Positions 34,049-37,342 of a stretch of DNA of 37,342 nucleotides are shown here, piece after piece. Both the position numbers and the translations under genes were made by a program. Position 1 is the first letter of the stretch; each line of letters starts with the position of its first letter. The notes below the pieces were generated by a model. The model searched no databases and was not told the origin of the DNA. It saw nothing but the letters and a program-made list of their open reading frames with translations. Origin of the DNA: Actinomycetota bacterium (GTDB lineage: Bacteria; Actinomycetota; UBA4738; HRBIN12); assembly GCA_041486205.1 (NCBI GenBank), contig JBGPKY010000002.1, positions 1-37,342 on the forward strand, written 5' to 3'.

Positions 34049-34470
34049 CAGAGCGATCCCGCGGCGCGCTCGAGGACCTCGCGCTCGCCTCGGTAGGCGG
34101 CCTTCTTCAACGCAGTATTCAGCTCGAACCAACGAACCTCTTCCATCTCGTGGTCGTGCATCGAGACGTCGCCGCCGGTAGCGCGCATCAGGAAGAAGTG
34201 CACAGCCTTTCGCACGCGCACGCCTTCCCAGACGTAGAAGTAGCGGATCTCGCCGAGATCGGCTTCGATCTCGGCTTCGAGGCCGGTCTCCTCGCGGACC
34301 TCGCGGACGGCCGCCTCCTCGATGGCCTCGCCCTGGTCGATACCACCCTTCGGCAGGCCCCAGGCCAATCCACCTTTGCGCGTTCGCCTGGACGCGAGCG
34401 CGATCTCGACCTCTGTTCCTTCGATGCGGTAGACCACGCCACCGGCCGAGACCTCCCTACGGGTCTCCAT
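34048..34470 (-). CDS. NUDIX hydrolase
   Basis: 140 aa with an intact Nudix box GGIDQGEAIEEAAVREVREETGL (G-x5-E-x7-REUxEExGU). Occupies the MutT4-like position in the conserved block. Confidence 0.85.
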   Translation of the reverse strand: METRREVSAGGVVYRIEGTEVEIALASRRTRKGGLAWGLPKGGIDQGEAIEEAAVREVREETGLEAEIEADLGEIRYFYVWEGVRVRKAVHFFLMRATGGDVSMHDHEMEEVRWFELNTALKKAAYRGEREVLERAAGSL

Positions 34471-34524
34471 CAGTGGCCGGCTCGCCCTCGAACCGGACGA
34501 GTCTTCGGGGCGCTCACCCTATAC

Positions 34525-35202
34525 TTGGCCGCCGTGCTCGATCGCATCGTCGAGTTCTTCCGCCAGTACCTCTCGGCCCCGTGGGGATACGTCATCATCG
34601 GACTGGCGACGTTCCTCGAGAACTCCGTGGGGGCCGGCGTGATCGTTCCCGGAGAGACGCTCGTCATCCTCGGCGGATTCTATGCGCGGATCGGGAACCT
34701 CTCCCTGCCGATCGTGATGGCGGTCGTTGTGGCGGGCGCGGTGATCGGCGACAACGTCGGGTACTTCATCGGACGGCGTTTCGGGCGGGGGTTCCTGGAG
34801 AGGCACGGCCGCAAGCTGTTCATCACGCCCGAGCGCCTGGACAAGGCCGACCGTTACTACGCGGCCCACGGGGGCAAGACCGTCTTCCTTGGGCGCTTCA
34901 TCCCGGTCGTGCGCAGCGTGGGTTTCATCCTTTCGGGCGTCGCAGGCATGGAATGGCGGCGGTTCTTCCCCTACGACCTGGCCGGGGCGGTCATCTGGGG
35001 GGTCGGTCATTCCGTGCTCGGGTACGCCATCGGGGCGAGCTACGACCGCTGGAAGGGCTACCTCACACCCATCGGACTGGCTATCTTGGCGATCCTGATT
35101 CTTCTCATCGGAGGCTCAAAGTTGCTGGCGGCGCGCCGAGAAGTAAAGGGCGACATCCAAGAGCTGGAGAACGAGCCCGATCGGGAACCTAGCGAGGACT
35201 GA
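34525..35202 (+). CDS. DedA family (SNARE-associated/VTT domain) membrane protein
   Basis: C-terminal part of track ORF 34150..35202, whose first ~107 codons are antisense to the NUDIX gene. TTG 34525 or GTG 34534 start. ..YVIIGLATFLENSVGAGVIVPGETLVILGGF..GDNVGYFIGRRFGRGFLERHG..VFLGRFIPVVRSV.. are DedA motifs. Confidence 0.8.
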   Translation: MAAVLDRIVEFFRQYLSAPWGYVIIGLATFLENSVGAGVIVPGETLVILGGFYARIGNLSLPIVMAVVVAGAVIGDNVGYFIGRRFGRGFLERHGRKLFITPERLDKADRYYAAHGGKTVFLGRFIPVVRSVGFILSGVAGMEWRRFFPYDLAGAVIWGVGHSVLGYAIGASYDRWKGYLTPIGLAILAILILLIGGSKLLAARREVKGDIQELENEPDREPSED

Positions 35203-35219
35203 GGGCCGGGGGATGAGTA

Positions 35220-36311
35220 ATGGACATCGCTGAGCTGCTCCGATACACGGTCGAGGTGGGGTCGAGCGACCTGCACCTCAAGGCCGGCAACGTGCCCTTC
35301 GTGCGCGTGGATGGCGCCCTCACGCCCGGGCAGTTCCCCGCGCTGACCGGCTCGGACACCGAGCTGTTCGCTCGCGCGCTTATGCCCGAGCACAAGGCGC
35401 GGGAGTTCGCGACGGCGAACGAGGCCGACTTCGGCTACACGCTGCCGGGAGTGGGTCGTTTCCGGATCAACGTCTATCGCCAGCGCGGCAACGTGGGACT
35501 TGCGATCCGCCGGGTGCGCTCGGAGGTTCCGACGTTCGAGGAGCTGCGGCTTCCGCCGGTCATGGTCTCGATCGCGGAGTCGCAGCGTGGGCTGGTCTTG
35601 CTGACCGGCCCGACCGGCACGGGCAAGACCACGACCATCGCTTCGATGATCGGGCACATCAACCGCACGAGGCGCTATCACATCGTTACGATCGAGGACC
35701 CTATCGAGGTCGTGCACGAGGACGACCAGTCCATCATCGAGCAGCGCGAGATCGGCTTGGACACGGATTCCTATGCGACTGCGCTGAAGCACGTCATCCG
35801 TCAGGATCCCGACGTGATCTTCGTCGGTGAGATCCGCGACTCCGACTCGGCGCTGTCCGCTATCCAGGCAGCCGAGACCGGCCACCTCGTCATCTCGACG
35901 CTGCACACGATCGACGCTACCGAGACGCTGAACCGGATCCTGGACCTCTTCCCGCCCCAGCAGCAACGGGAGGTGCGCACGTCGTTGGCCGGCGCCCTGC
36001 GTGGGGTCGTTTCGCAGCGGCTCGTCCCGCGCGCCGACGGCAAGGGGCGCGTGCCAGCCGTCGAGGTGTTGATCTGCAACGGCCGCGTGCAGGAGCGGAT
36101 CATGGATCCGGAAGCCACGTACTCGATCGCCGACGTGATCGCGGAGGGCACGTACTACGGGATGCAGACGTTCGATCAGGCGCTCGTGAAACTCGTGCAG
36201 GAAGGCCTGGTGACCGAAGATGACGCCAGGGCGGTCTCCTCGCACCCCCACGACTTCAACCTGGCGCTGCGCGGAGCATTGACGCGGGGCATCCCCACCC
36301 TCGCTAGCTAG
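35220..36311 (+). CDS. pilT: PilT/PilU-family type IV pilus retraction-type ATPase
   Basis: 363 aa. ..SSDLHLKAGNVPFVRVDG.., Walker A GPTGTGKTTT, Asp box ..IVTIEDPIEV.., Walker B DPDVIFVGEIRD, His box TGHLVISTLHT. The canonical PilT AIRNLIRE motif is not obvious, so the subfamily is uncertain. Confidence 0.85.
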   Translation: MDIAELLRYTVEVGSSDLHLKAGNVPFVRVDGALTPGQFPALTGSDTELFARALMPEHKAREFATANEADFGYTLPGVGRFRINVYRQRGNVGLAIRRVRSEVPTFEELRLPPVMVSIAESQRGLVLLTGPTGTGKTTTIASMIGHINRTRRYHIVTIEDPIEVVHEDDQSIIEQREIGLDTDSYATALKHVIRQDPDVIFVGEIRDSDSALSAIQAAETGHLVISTLHTIDATETLNRILDLFPPQQQREVRTSLAGALRGVVSQRLVPRADGKGRVPAVEVLICNGRVQERIMDPEATYSIADVIAEGTYYGMQTFDQALVKLVQEGLVTEDDARAVSSHPHDFNLALRGALTRGIPTLAS

Positions 36312-36435
36312 CCCGTCTCGCCCGCCGCGCGCCGAGCCGCCCGCTCGAAGGGGTGCCGGGCGTAACCGAAAGGCACCGCGAGCGCCCGACCGTCATCACA
36401 GCCGGGAGGGGCGGCGGGGGTATCCTCGGGACGTC

Positions 36436-37342
36436 ATGGCCGACCCCACTCGCCCTCGCGAGGGCGCGCATCTTGAGGTCCCTTCTGTCGCCGTCGAGCT
36501 CGGCGAACGCTTCCGTCTGGCAGGGTTCCAGCTCTTCCTCGTCGGCGGCGTCGTGCGTGACCTATTGATGGGGCGCGAGCAAGCAGAGGGCGATCTGGAC
36601 TTCGCGACGGACGCCCCGCCGAGCGAGACGACGAGGGTGCTGCGCGGCTGGGCCGACAGGCAGTACCTCGTCGGTGTGAGGTTCGGGACGGTGGGGGCGC
36701 GCAAGGGCGACCGCGTCTTCGAGATCACCACGTTCCGCGAAGAGGTGTACCCGGAGGAGACACGCAAACCCGCCGTGACCTTCGCGCACGATATCGAGTC
36801 GGACCTGTCGCGGCGGGACTTCACGATCAACGCGATGGCGGTGCGGCTGCCAGAGGGCGAGTTCATCGACCCGTTCGGCGGCGTCAGGGACCTGGTGGCT
36901 AAACGGCTCGACACGCCACTCGCGCCGGATGTCGCATTCTCCGACGACCCGCTTCGGATGTTGCGCGCCGCGCGTTTCGTCTCGCAGTTGGAGGCGTCGC
37001 CTTCTCCACGCGTGGTCGATGCGATGTCGCGGATGCACGAGCGGATGTCGATCGTCTCGGCCGAGCGGATCAGCGAGGAGATCGGCAAGCTGCTGCTCGG
37101 GGCGAGGCCTTCGAAGGCTCTGGAGCTCGTCGTCAGAACGGGGTTGGCGGAGGAGTTCCTGCCGGAACTGCCTGCGCTGCAACTCGAGCAGGACCCCGTC
37201 CACAAGCACAAGGACGTGCTGCACCACACGTTCGCCGTGATCGAGCGCTGCGAGCCCGACATCGTGCTGCGCCTCGCCGCGCTGTTGCACGACATCGGGA
37301 AACCGCGAACGCGCGAGATCACACCGGAGGGGGTGCAGTTCC
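36436..37342 (+). CDS. cca: CCA tRNA nucleotidyltransferase / poly(A) polymerase family with HD domain (3' end runs off the window)
   Basis: Absent from the track (no stop in window). My translation from ATG 36436: MADPTRPREGAHLEVPSVAVELGERFRLAGFQLFLVGGVVRDLLMGREQAEGDLDFATDA..RRDFTINAMAV..DPLRMLRAARFVSQL..HKHKDVLHHTFAV..LLHDIGKP... Class II nucleotidyltransferase GGxVRD/DxD and HD motifs. This is the pcnA slot of the actinobacterial backbone. Confidence 0.85.
   Translation, partial: MADPTRPREGAHLEVPSVAVELGERFRLAGFQLFLVGGVVRDLLMGREQAEGDLDFATDAPPSETTRVLRGWADRQYLVGVRFGTVGARKGDRVFEITTFREEVYPEETRKPAVTFAHDIESDLSRRDFTINAMAVRLPEGEFIDPFGGVRDLVAKRLDTPLAPDVAFSDDPLRMLRAARFVSQLEASPSPRVVDAMSRMHERMSIVSAERISEEIGKLLLGARPSKALELVVRTGLAEEFLPELPALQLEQDPVHKHKDVLHHTFAVIERCEPDIVLRLAALLHDIGKPRTREITPEGVQF

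Noticed and set aside
35058-36251. 397-aa minus-strand ORF opposite pilT (similarly 36396..37322 and 36562..37290 opposite cca, 21951..23258 opposite menD, 20052..20768 opposite menB, 7332..8249 opposite jag, 13729..14406 opposite the MBL gene)
   Set aside because: Each is antisense to a gene with unmistakable family motifs. All have low-complexity Arg/Pro/Ser-rich sequence and no independent evidence.
36312-36435. 124-nt pilT-cca spacer and the 71-aa ORF 36353..36568 as a small RNA or protein
   Set aside because: Only a 6-bp stem (GGTGCC..GGCACC) with a 14-nt loop. The ORF overlaps cca out of frame and is Ser/Gly/Arg-rich. No tRNA-like or known ncRNA structure is recognisable.
1-37342. Search for CRISPR repeats, tRNA/rRNA genes, IS elements, integrases, toxin-antitoxin pairs or known defence systems
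   Set aside because: No spaced direct repeats, cloverleaf-compatible segments, transposase or recombinase motifs, or defence-gene signatures were seen on either strand. I therefore do not claim any such element.

Overview
Very GC-rich window, judged by eye and not computed. It carries the chromosomal replication-origin neighbourhood of an Actinomycetota-like bacterium. On the minus strand: gyrB (partial), DUF721/DciA-like, recF, dnaN, dnaA. These diverge from plus-strand rpmH, rnpA, yidD, yidC, jag, rsmG, parA, parB. A perfect 16-bp parS palindrome overlaps the rsmG start codon, and DnaA-box clusters flank dnaA on both sides. The rest follows the conserved actinobacterial ori-proximal backbone known from M. 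tuberculosis Rv3907c-Rv3924c: GNAT-like, cwlM-like amidase, trxA, trxB, anti-sigma, ECF sigma, murJ, large secreted protein, NUDIX, cca/pcnA. Apparent insertions interrupt this backbone. (i) ddl, aminotransferase, small membrane ORF, MBL hydrolase and LLM oxidoreductase. (ii) A roughly 7.7-kb menaquinone block: menE, menB-menA-menD, a TM protein, and MerR-menG-menF. (iii) A TauE exporter. (iv) dedA plus an orphan pilT-like ATPase. I saw no tRNA, rRNA, CRISPR array, transposase, integrase or recognisable defence system. Most long ORFs in the track are antisense or off-frame artefacts typical of high-GC DNA. gyrB and cca are missing from the track only because they run off the window edges. My best candidate for something under-described is the chain of eight tightly packed minus-strand genes at 26618-34470. 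There MurJ is followed by a small TM protein, a C-lobe-less kinase remnant with an extracytoplasmic discoidin-like domain, and a start/stop-overlapped ECF sigma/anti-sigma pair. Secondary oddities: a 495-aa ParA with a MinD-like C-terminal amphipathic tail, a tandem-HTH MerR coupled to menG-menF, rnpA homology with no canonical start codon lying in frame behind the rpmH stop, and a WCVPC thioredoxin. All functional calls rest on motif recognition and synteny by eye. No database search was run.
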